Assembly (NCBI GenBank): GCA_905178155.1
Contig: CAJINV010000001.1
Location: 5,920,788 to 5,984,787 of the forward strand
Reading direction: 5' to 3'
DNA length: 64,000 bases
From: Amoebophrya sp. A120
Taxonomy: Eukaryota; Protista; Dinoflagellata
The position numbers and the translations under genes were made by a program. Below are positions 47,255 to 58,842 of this stretch, piece after piece; position 1 is the stretch's first letter; each line of letters opens with the position of its first letter. The notes beneath the pieces were generated by a model. The model did not search any database, was not told where the DNA came from, and worked only from the letters and a program-made list of their open reading frames with translations.

Positions 47255-50200
47255 ATGGCCTACGCCTTGCAACATCAGCACCCGTCGGTTTCGCGGCAGT
47301 CCTCCCGAGCGGCGCCACCGCCCGTGGTTCGACAGATTTCCCTCCAGACACTATTGAGAGGAAAAATCTCCCCTCCCCATATTGAAAAGGTATGTTTCCA
47401 AAAATTTGTGTTGCGCATTTGAGGTCACAAATCACATCTGTCTTGCAAGAAGACAAGGGCAGAAGCTTCCGCCCCATTACGAAAGCGATTTGTCATGCTG
47501 TTGGGCCCAAAGGGGGGACGTTTGCCATGCTGAAATACTAGACCCATACGCCCCTACCTAGCCCGGGGATCTGACCGCAATGCTTTCCTGCAATACAAAT
47601 CCGATTTGTGTACTCAGATCCAGCATCAGAAATTTCGTTTTGATATGGGGAGGGGGGATTTTTCCTTTTGATAGACACCGGGGCAGCTGGTGCAGCCGCG
47701 GATCGGTCTCGGGTTTGACCTAAACTCCCTGCGTCGCATATCCTGTGTAAAAATGTACCCACACCAGAGTTGTCATGCGACTTTGCCATGACAGGAACAT
47801 TTGTGATGCGCAACCCCATGACAGGCATTTTCAATCGTGTTTGGGAACTTGTAATGCTGTAAACAGGATTAGCAGATCGATTTGTGATGCGGCTTTCCTT
47901 GCTACCTTGCACTACCTTACGGACTGAAACTTGTCATGCGTGACTCACAAAGCTCCTAGGTTTGTGTTGCAAAATCCCCATCCTGACTCCGGTGTGGGTA
48001 CGTTTTTACTCAGGATATCGCACCGGCTACAGTCAAGATGGCGCAACAAGTTCTGCGCACATGGGACAGTCGCCCGGCGCTACGGGATCTTTCAATGCAG
48101 GCACCTCGTCAACAACAGCAACCGCGTTGCCGGGAGGCAGCAAGCAGAGCTACTCCTCTGCGACCGCGGTATACTCTCGAAATGAAATATTTGTTTCTGC
48201 AACGTGGAGGAGAAGTATTCTGAACTTCAGTAGTATACTTACAGAAAAGGCCGTGCACCTCGTCGTTAGTTTCCCTTTCCACAGGCACTAAGCATCTGAC
48301 GTCTCATTCGCTTCTTCTTGGAGGGGCGAAGATAAATGTCTTGATCTAAAGCGGCCCGATAAAATTAGACCACCAACTCATCTTGCACCTACAGATGTCA
48401 GTCCCTGTGCAGGCGAGCGTCCCACGGAGCGCCATCAGTCCCGGGTGGGTCCGAGGCACCACTCCATTATTGAGAGGAAAAATCCCCCCTCCCCATATCA
48501 AAACGAAGTTTCTGATGCTCGATTTCCGTACACAAATCAGGGCTGTCTTGCAGTACAGGATTGGAGGCATATGCCGTGCCTGAGTGCAGAGCTTCTGACG
48601 TGGACGCTTAGCATCACAAATGCCTATGCTGTAGCCCAGGTAGCATCACAAACCGCCCGCATAGTGCGGCGGAGACTGTAGAGCTGCCTTCTTGCAAGAC
48701 AAATGTGATTTGTGACCTCAAATCAGCAACACTCACAAATTTGCGGAGACGTAGCTTTTCAATATGGGGAGGGGGGATTTTTCCTTTCAATATCCATTTG
48801 AACAGACACACAACACGATCGAGAGCACCGGAAAGAGTTCCATGCCCGAGCACCCCTTCGTTCAACGAATGCAAAGCGCGCACCAAATGTCCCAGTTGGC
48901 GTACCCGCAGGTCACGCTGTCCCTGGATCGCAGTGTTCGTCCCCAGGCTGGCATAAATCCGGCCACTCCTGCTTCGCAGCAGGTGCAGGTGCAGACAACC
49001 ACTTCGGCCAGCAGTAGCAGTCGCGGCGGGTCTTTTGTGGACCAGGCAGCATTTCATCTGCAGCAGCAGTCGCGGTTTCACAGCACCGGAACGACGTCGA
49101 CGCAGAATAGACCCGCAACGGTGCTGACCACGGCGGCCGGCGCCGGAGGTCCTATGAAGGCCTACACGCCAACCGCGGCGATGGAGCAGGCGTATTTCGA
49201 TAATCGCACGATTAGTGACGTGGAGCGCATTGATGTGCGGCTGTTGCAAAAGGACCGAACCAAAGAGGCTGGCACGCCCAATAGCGTCTTTCGCCGAATC
49301 AGTGCTTCGAGCGGCATCGGCAGTGCAGCTGGAGTTGGTGCTGGTGTCAACGTTTCGCAATCTGGTGCGCCGAGCTCCTTGCTAAAGCCGGTGCTGATAC
49401 ACCAGCAGCAGGAAAATTTATCGCAAAGCGCGTCGAAAAAAACGTCCGCACAAGAAACGCTGCTCCGACAACATGCCGCTTCCCAGCCAAGCCAGCTAGG
49501 ACGTGGAGGCACGTCCTCTACTTCCTCCTCCGCCGGGCCAGCCACACGAAGTCAGAATATACCTGTAGCGGCTGTGGTGTCAGCAACCGAACCTCTAAAC
49601 ACCTCAGACGTGGTGGTTTTGGAGGTACTTGCTTAATATTCAGCAAACAAACATTAGAATGTCAATGTATCGACACGTAGAGCAAACGCCATAGGGTGCA
49701 ACCTGTAAGCATCGTACAACAGGAGGTTTGATATGTGAAAGAACTCATCGGGTAGATAAAATCTGGAGCCACAAACTGAATCTGAAACCAGGCCCAGCAA
49801 TCCTCTATTGCAGCGGACCAATCGTCTACCGTGAACCTGCTAGATCAATTTGGGGTCTCCCAAAGTGCGAGCAATTTGCACGCTGATCTCCGGGACACAT
49901 CTGGGTTACTACTACACGATGCTCCTCCGCCGCCAACGTTGCAGGTGAATCTCACAACCGCACCAGCGGCGTCGCGCGGCTCTCTGCCGCCCCACCGAGC
50001 CGCCGCGGAGCCGCGGATGTCCATGGAGTCCTCTCCGGAGCTATGCGATGTAAATTTCCTAGACATGTACAAAATGCATCACAAATGTCGCTACCTTGCA
50101 GAGTCCAACTTGTCATGCTGGACTAGGATTGAAGGCCAGTTTTGTCATGCCGAAACTGCATTTGTACGTGTACGGGAAATTTACTGTGGATAGGAGCCTA

Positions 50201-53200
50201 TGGACATGAGTTCCATCCGAGCGAAGCTGAACCGCATCTACGAACTGGTCGGAAAGCAGGAGAACCGGATGTCTTGTTTGTCGGACAACGTGGGGTCCCC
50301 GCAGGATTCCATTTTCGGCCTAGGAACAGCGCCCGGTGGAGCGATTGTTCCGTCCTCGGTGAAAAAGGGCGCAAAGCAAACCTCGGGGCCCAACTCTCTT
50401 GCCGAGGAGGGGGTTGTACAACCAGATCGGCGATCGCCGCTCGGGCAGTCTGCGAGCAGCGTCCAGCTCTCCGCGCAGCGCAGTCCCATGCCAGCAAGGA
50501 GCGCGCAGCAGCAGCAGCAGCAGGTAGCGCAACGAGCCGCAGCACACACGACGCCGGGGGCCGGTAGCAGCGGGGGCCAGCACGACAGTCACTTCCAGCA
50601 AAACAATAAATCGCAACGTGCCGACCGGAGACCGCACCAGACCATCTCTGACGACCTGCAATCACGCCCACACGAGAGCCCTCTGCCAGTGGCGACGCCG
50701 CAAACTCACAACTCCCAAGCCGCGAACCGCAGGGGAGGTAAAAAAATAAAAATGACTTGTGAATATTCCTGTATCTTCGATACAACTGACAGTTGTATCA
50801 CATCATACACCCCGCTATCGCATGCGCACCAGCATATCGATACTTCGACATCGAAAAGCGCAAATGATGAAAACTACGTGCTGTAGGTTCGACCGTCACA
50901 TCTCAAGCAACGGAGCTGGGCACCGTGGTACGCGCGGCTCCAGGGAGCAGTCGCAGCCGAATCATCGAGGCCGCTGAAGAATATTCGCCCTCACGAAAGC
51001 AACTGGAATTCAACGCGAATGACATCTCACCGATTCCCAATGAGTACTCAAAATTGGCGGAATCGAGCCGCAAGGACTTCGCTGAAGTTTTCGCAGGTTT
51101 GCTCAAATGCTTGGTGCAAAGATAAAGAATTACACTGGATTATCATTTTTCAGATTCGTTGTAGTCTCAGCAGTGTATGTTGGTTCGTTTAACCGAAGCG
51201 ACATCATAAGCGAAAAACGCAGTGTGGGCGAGGGGGAAGGAGCCCTTTTGCAGCGCAGTGGCTTCTCGCACTGGCTTTTCAATCCAAAATTCAAATTACA
51301 GATCACGTCGGCGAGGACGTAGCAGAAGGCCCGACCCCGAGCCACGAGCAGTCCACGCTACGATCCTTTCCGATAGTCGGAGGTATGAAGCTGGCGAAGA
51401 TGGGCGGGGCTTCCTCGTCTGCCTCTCCGAAGGGGCCACCAGAACGGACGCAGTACTTTCTATCTTGCTGTTGTTGGAGCGGGAGCGAGCTCAGCCGCTA
51501 CGGCTTGTACGAAGCTCAAAACGCTTGTGCTTCCAAGATGAAACAAACGAAATAATTTTTTCTTGATTCGCAAACGCGGATATGCTAGAAGTTTAAGTTT
51601 TGGTAGCGAATTTTCATTCTAATACTACATACCAGGCAACGTTCCCCGCATGGGTCCGCTCACTCGCCCGGTTCTTCAGTGGATGAGGAATTCCTGCTGA
51701 AAAAGTATTTTTTCAGATTCTTGTTTAACTACGATCTATGGTTTGCCGTTTGCAGAACGAGCGTCAGAATTCATAAGAACTGCGACTGGCTCTGCTGCTT
51801 CTCTTGTAAAATTCTTTGTCCACCGATCATGCGGAGAACAGGCATTTTTTCCTGTAACAAACGACTTACAGGATCGCGTTCCTGCAGAAACACGCGTCGA
51901 TGTCAGATTCCGCCCTTGTCCTGGAGTGTCGGAAGCTTGGGGTGTTAAAGACACTGAATTCCCGCTCGGAAATGATGGAGATTTTGGAGGAGAAGTTACT
52001 GCGCGGCGGCGAGCAGCGACCAGCCCCGGACGGGGGCAACAGGATTAACAAAACAGCATCGGTAATACCGGGGAAGAACAGTAGTGGTGCAGTTGTGTCA
52101 GCAACTGCTTTAGGCGGCGCCAAGACAACATTCGGGGCCTCAAAAGATGCAGCAACCACTGCAGGTCCTCTCAACATCAACTCCGACGCGGCGGCAGGAG
52201 CTCCTGCTGCGCCGACCACGCCAGTGGACTTGCTGCAAAGGTCGTACGAAGTTCCGTCTACGGCGCCGCCGAAGAAGCGTCCGGGGGAGACACCAACTGC
52301 CTTGCAAGGGTCGCTCGGAGGTGGTGGAACAGGTGACAATTTATCATTTCATCCGGGGATCATGTTGCAGCACTCCACTTCTTCCTCATCATCCTCCGGC
52401 GCGGCAAGAAATAAAGGAGGTGTGCGAGGAGTCGGAGCCACTCCAGATCCAGAAAGCAGCAAGCATCAGCCATCCGGGGTCAAGGAGAAATTATACCGCA
52501 AAGATGTTGAGAACAAGCACAAGGAAGCGGCTTCTGCTGGAGTGGCAGAACGAACTGGTGAGGATAGTACAACCAATAGGAAAGTAGATCCTGGAAATAA
52601 AGACTACGAGGTTCTTCATCCTGGAACGGCCGGTACTTCTACTTCTTCCAGAGGGGACCAACAAATAAGACCAACAGCACCGCAAATAAACGAGACGAAA
52701 AAGATAACTACGGGGACCACACCAGCTGCGGCTTCATCGGTTGTGCCGCCCCGATTCGACGCGTCCACGGCTGCGGTGCTGGAGGAGGTGTTCCAGGAAT
52801 TCACCGGGGTGCCGGGCAACGCGGGACTCTTGCGCCGCGAACACGCCGCAGAGTGCTGCCTGCAGGTGTACAACACCGTGGCCGAGTATTCCGCCCGGCC
52901 GGACTTCGTGGCTGATTCGGTGGAGCAGCGCTTTCCCCGGTTTGACTACGACGGGGACGACAAACTGACTTTCGAGGAGTTCCAGGAAATGTGTGCCTGG
53001 TTGGTCGTCGAGGCGGAGCCCGAAGCGGAGCTTGAGAAGCATTTTGACCCGTGGGACGATCACGCGGCTGGTGCCACCGAAGAGGACGACGCACATATTA
53101 ATTCCGAGGAGATAAAGAGTCGTGGTGCGTCGCAGCTGTACGAGACGCTGCCGCCCCCAGATCCCAACCGCGAGGTGCTGTACCCGGTGTCTTTCCGCCG

Positions 53201-55516
53201 GTGGCGCTGCCGCGGGCGGGGTTCCTCATCTGCGGGCTCATCACAGCAGAGTACAGTGTATTCAGCCACGAAAATCTGCAAAACGCAGATGTGCCTCCCG
53301 CAGGACCTGGTCCGAAAGGAGCTACGCCGGGCCGACCACGCGGCACGCCGCAACAAGAGTTTACTGCCTTTCTCGCACAGGTATAGTACTACAAGAGCGA
53401 TTTGCGTTATTTGCAGTTTGCCGTTTTTTTTCAATTTGTACAGGAGTCGCTGTTGATCTTGATGTTGTTGTCATCTTCAAAGAAGCATATGAACTTGATT
53501 CGAATCAATTGGATTGCACCAGAGCCGAATTACATTTGTCAAAGTAAGTCGGTCCTTCCTCCCAACCACCACGATCGCTTCGGCGCGGCAAGAGAAATAT
53601 GATGACCACTTTCCATTGAATGTTTGAATTTGATACACGTCAGATACGAGTCGACGTACTCTTACTTCTTGCTCCGGAAGCACGCCGGCGTGGAGTTGCC
53701 GGTTTTTTGGACCCGGGTCGAACACACGAACGGCGTCGAGTTCGAGAATATGCATCGCAAAAGTATCGTACCAATAGAAATCGCGTGACAGAATTTCCTG
53801 AGCGTGAGAAATGGAATGCGTAGTAAAAAACTGAGCTAGTGACGAACAAGATGCGGATGCATGACTGCGATTAGTACGAGTGCGATACTTTTGCAGTGTC
53901 GATAGAGAAGTGGCTTAGCGAGATCGTGCGCCAGCTCCTGAAAGCAGTTGCCTTTCTGCACCAGGAGCGCCTGGTGCATGGCAACATTTGTCCCAGCACC
54001 GTCATCGTCGACGACCACCAGGGCCGGGCGGTTCCCGCGGTTGCGCTCGCAGAAACTGGGCTCACCGCTCTCTTTCGGCATCAGGTATTTGATAGAGAAA
54101 CATTTTTTCTTTGTATAGGGTTAAGTAGTCTTAATAGTTTTTGAAAGTCATCAGAGTTCATCTGGTTCGAAATGAACGCCGCAGTTCGGCGGCACTGGAG
54201 CTGCAGCGCAAGTTTCCATGAGCAGGGGCGCAAAATCCGATACTGGTAAAGATTGTATCTTGTTCGTGGTACAACTCAAGAACAACTACAGGAGCAACAT
54301 GGAAGTTTCTCGTGTAAAGTAAGATATCCACCCTCCACAAAATTTAGGAAACTTGGGCACTGTCCTCGGGTTTGGACGCGGTTTGCGAAGCTGGCGAAGT
54401 AGTACCCCGTGGGGATCATGCACCATCAGGGGACCTCCACGGAGGCACGCCAAGCCGTTTTGACGCAAGTGCCAAGGGAGACATCTGGTCCCTCGGGGTG
54501 GTCTTCTACCAGTTTCTCACCGGCAAGACGCCGCCATTTTCCCCGTCGTCTCCCTCTGCAGAGCATGGCAAATCCGCCGATCTGATCGCCGATCTGAGTC
54601 AGTGGTCCAGCTTGAAGCACATTTCGCCCCTGGCCAGCTCGCTTTGCAGTTTCATGCTTTCCAAGGACAGTAAAACGCGGCCGAGCGCGCGGCTCTGCCT
54701 GCAGCACGATTGGTTTCGCTACGCGGAGCGGCTGACGACAAATGGGCCACCGACCGGCTCGCCGACGGCGGACCAGGCGTTTTCACTCATGAAGCCGAAC
54801 TACGTCCGCATAGGAGACCTGGAAATCCGGCTGCGCGGGGCCATTCGGGCGATCGCGTGGGAGTTCCCTTTTCCCATCCCGATTGGGGCGGTGGACGCCT
54901 GCACCCGGTTTGAGGAGCTGGTGGACTTTGGGCTCTCGCCGGACACCACGGACGCCGTGGCCCAAATGATCCCTGGCACCCTTCTCGAAGACCCCATTTT
55001 CGTCCGCCATTTGATTGGCGCCGCACTCACCATCAAGCTGAACGAGCTAGACGAGGTATGATAGCACTCCGGAAATCGTTGTATACAGAAAAAATTTTAT
55101 TGCTGTACTAGTCGGCTTCAGTGCTACTTCTATCAAGAATCGTGAGTACCTACTGTGTCTGGTTCGACAAATTGTGATTGACGCTGGATATGCTAGTGGA
55201 ATGTCACGATGATGAATCTGAGTGTGTGCTGTGTGTGAGCATGTTGACGCGGTCCCTCTCTCTTTACTAGGTTTTGTCGACGATATTCGGTGCCGTGCCA
55301 CCGTACGAAGAGATAGCGGTGGGGGAGCTGCTGCAGGAGCTCGAGGCCGTCGAGGTTGAGGATCTCGACGCCGCGCGCGCGAATCTGATGCAGTTGTTGC
55401 AGCAACAAGAGAGCCTCGAGGTCCGAACCACCTATCAGTGGCTGCGGTCGCACATGTGCTCCGAGCCCACGGGGGATTCCGAAGAGTTTCATCTGGGTAC
55501 TTCCACCGAGCTGTAG
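47255..55516 (+). CDS. Large protein with low-complexity N-terminus, EF-hand and degenerate Ser/Thr kinase domain (CDPK-related pseudokinase)
   Basis: EF-hand RFDYDGDDKLTFEEFQEM. Kinase subdomains QLLKAVAFLHQERLVHGNICPSTVIV, LAETGL, GDIWSLGVVFYQFLTGKTPPF, RPSARLCLQHDWF. Upstream exons join in frame through GT-AG introns and four introners. Confidence 0.72.
47352..47673. mobile_element. Introner family B (322 bp), DR GACAC
   Basis: TATTGAGAGGAAAAATCTCCCCTCCCCATAT ... ATATGGGGAGGGGGGATTTTTCCTTTTGATA. Removal restores SLQT|PGQLVQ. Confidence 0.93.
47739..48017. mobile_element. Introner family F, reverse orientation (279 bp), DR TCGCA
   Basis: TATCCTGTGTAAAAATGTACCCACACC ... GGTGTGGGTACGTTTTTACTCAGGATA. 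Removal restores SLRR|TGYSQD. Confidence 0.93.
48468..48792. mobile_element. Introner family B, reverse orientation (325 bp), DR TCCAT
   Basis: B-type TIRs with the interior inverted relative to 47352 and 7374. Removal restores GTTP|FEQTHN. Confidence 0.93.
50042..50192. mobile_element. Introner family H, reverse orientation (151 bp), DR GGAGC
   Basis: Reverse complement of 42507-42657. Removal restores SSPE|PMDMSS. Confidence 0.93.
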
Positions 55517-57157
55517 CCCGTCAGGGGGGAAGTCAGGGGAGAAGTACCTGCGAGTACTACGAGACGACTGAGAAGCCCGGTAGAAGGAAAAATGGAGATA
55601 GCTTTTCTCTACGGTCCTTCTCCTGCTCCTGGCGGACGCGGCTGCAGATCGATGTTTGCGGCACTTCTTTTTACCTTCTCATAACATCGTCGTCCAAGTG
55701 TAAGATGAGTATGTATCAATCTTCTAGTGCAAAAACCAGGAACAGGGAGTGCGATCGCGGGACAAATGTGGCAGTTTGCGTTTTCGTACTTCCGTGTACT
55801 TCGTGTTGAACATAATAAATTCAACGCGAACATAGCAACAATTGGTTCGCTTCAAGTGCGACATGCTGAAGAGAAGATTTTTTTCGGATTCGTTCAATAC
55901 CAACGAAAATTTCGTGTACACTGGCTTTTTACTTTCAAAGGATGGATAAAATCAAAAGGTTTATTTCAAAGTAACGCTGCGCTTGCAGGCTCGGGCTCGG
56001 CTGGGAAGAATATATTTATATAGGCAAAACAAAAGCAAGGTAAGAGCTAATTTATCACTTCAAGGCAGATCGAGATCCAGATTGAATTGATAGAGAGAGC
56101 AGGAACCAGGTATGTGACGCTGAACAGATACAGAAAAAAACTTAAACTTCAACGTAGTAAAACGTATCGCCATTCCACAGAGCCTCGTGAAAGAAGGCAG
56201 TTGTATCAAATTCGAGTGCATCCTCTCAACACGGCATACGTGCTGATAGGGGGCGATATTAACGCACGTTTCCGATTATGTCGCGTTTACTGTGTGCGAA
56301 AAGTTGTTGTGCGGTTGCGCCGCCCCGTCTCGTAGCGACGGACCAAAATCAATACAAACAGAAGCAGTGCCAGAGTGGTGCGTTTTATCGGTCGCTGTGA
56401 AAGACAAAGAATTCGAATTAGTCGGTTCCGATTTTTCTTTAATTCGTGCAACGGACTGTGTCGACCTCGACATGGTCCGATGCAACGACACAGTCAGCGG
56501 AGGTGCATGTCGGTAAAATCGTGCATGAATTCGTCCAAGTCGTCAGTCTGTCGTCCACATTCGAGCGGTCACGAAGAAGGCACCGCTTCTCGTTTCGGTT
56601 GTGTCCTAGCGTCCTAGCGTCGGTTTGAATTAAGTACTATCGTGCGCCAGCTGCTATAAATGTACTATCGTCCGTTACAATAACTCTCGTACAAAAGAAC
56701 ACTTGACGTACAAGAAGTGGATTTCGGTCTCCGTCGGCGATCGTACGTTCGCGCGCATAAAAATATAAACGGGGTTTCGCTCCCCTACACATCAATGTTT
56801 TTTCGTGCAGAAGGGTTTCAAGTAGAACTACATATGCAGAATTTCTTCCTCAAACTATGACAGTGTTGGTTGTGGTAGCCCCTGTAGCGGCCAATTTCAG
56901 AAGGTGGAATCCAACAAAAACATCTGATCTGCAACTGCGCAAGTACTTACAACTTCCTATCAAGAAATCCAAATCTCGCTAGTATACAAATACGAAACGA
57001 CACGGAACGTCGTGAACGGTGGAAACAAACTCATTCCCAACTAGTACTAGTATCCCTACTAGTACCTGTGTGTAAGACCTCCAAACGAGGACTGCAGCAA
57101 CGAAAGAACAGTAAACAACGACGACTTGATCGTTTGCTGGACACAGAGCTCTCGAAG

Positions 57158-58842
57158 ATGCGGAAGGCGATCCAGTTCTTCGTGGCCGCTGCGGCGCTGC
57201 ACGTCGAGGCCGTGAAAGTTGAAGTGGATATATCCTCCGTGAAATCCCCATCGCCCTCAATTTGTCATGCACGTGCGACACAGTTGAAGTTTTTATGATT
57301 CTACCACCAGTGCATGATCATGACCATGAGATGAAGCATGGATTTCGGTATGAGTCGCAATATCCACCAAAATTATGATGGTGAGGGCGATGGTTTTGCA
57401 CAGCATAGCACACGCGGAAGAAAATCGATGTCGACACGACAACCGCGAACAAGAAGACCCTGGTGTATCACATCAAGAATTGTTGTACTTCCCCTCAGCG
57501 TCAGATGAAAAACTGAAAAGTTTGTTATGGAGAGTCCAAAAGAAACAGAAACAGGAACAGCTGTATGGTGGATTGGCACGACTTGGCTGCACTAAGAACC
57601 TTTAGAATTTCTAGATACGAGCACCCGATCCAAAATGCAATCCTTCACGTGTAATTACAGTATACTCGTCTGGGTCGACCAGTAGAAGTTAGTAACTCTA
57701 ACTCCAACTCACACAGAAAATCAAACCAAAACATTTCGTTTCGGTGCAATTGCAGCTCTTTCGCACAAGAACATGGCAGGAAATTCTGAAAGAGCCGCTG
57801 CACGACACTGCGGATATACGGTTAGAATCAGACGCAGATGTGAAATTGCGCTGCTCCTCGGTAAGTGGGAAGCGACATTTTCATTTGCTTTGGCTTTCAG
57901 CTTTCTGAAACCAGAAGACTCAGTTTGCATTCTGTACTTTTGCATGCGTACTACTGGCGTTATCTCTCCTAGCAAGCTGACGTCTGTCCAGGCGAGCTCG
58001 TGCGAAAGTGTGGCGCATATTCAGGAACTGCTCTGCTTTGAGGTGGGAAGTAATTTCAATGTGATAAAGGGGCGGACAATATGAAAGCGAAAAGTCTCCG
58101 GCCTTCCGAACGCACGGAATTGGAAGTTTGGGATGCATGATGAAAAATGTAAATGGTTCTGTAGTTTTAGCTGTACACCTACACGTATACAACGCAGTAT
58201 GAATGATCTGGTGTTTGAAGATGGGAAGGGCGACGTGTGCTCTAGTGAAAGAAAACTTTGAATGGAGATCAGACGAACACAAATGTATCTGTATGGCATT
58301 CACATTGTTTCCAAGTACAACAAATAGTTTCACTATCCTTCCTTGGCAGCTGTGTGTGGTGCGGGCTTCAGGCCCGAACCACTTCATCCCTCGTCCTAGG
58401 AGAGGAGGACTTGTGTAAGTGCTTCCTCTTCAAATCCAGTAGTAGAACGGCGTACGATCGTCAGGGACTTTTCACCTTGATAGAGAAAACGAATACCAAG
58501 GGAAAGGATGGCGGTTGCTGCGGTGAGGAAGAGGTCATGTGCAAGGACATTGCGAAAGGCGATCGGGCAAAATGCGATGAAGGCCAGGAATGGTACAACG
58601 GCGGAAAAATGCCGAAACACGTATGATAGTGGACAATTTTCCTTCCCCCTAGTAGTAATTTGTGACGCAAATAAGTACCAAATTTACATACCGCCCAATT
58701 CAGGATGATTGTCTCGGACCCTGGGCCTGCCCCGCAAATGAGGGGGAGGGGGAACTGTCCAACATCATAGGACGACGAAGGCGACACGGATAAGCACAAA
58801 AAGTATTGCTGTAGGAAGAGCACGTCCTTCATGTGCTGCTAA
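57158..58842 (+). CDS. Possible small secreted Cys-rich multi-exon protein
   Basis: Signal-like MRKAIQFFVAAAALHVEA. Later segments DGGCCGEEEVMCKDIAKGDRAKC and HKKYCCRKSTSFMCC*. The exon chain is not fully resolved. Confidence 0.4.
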
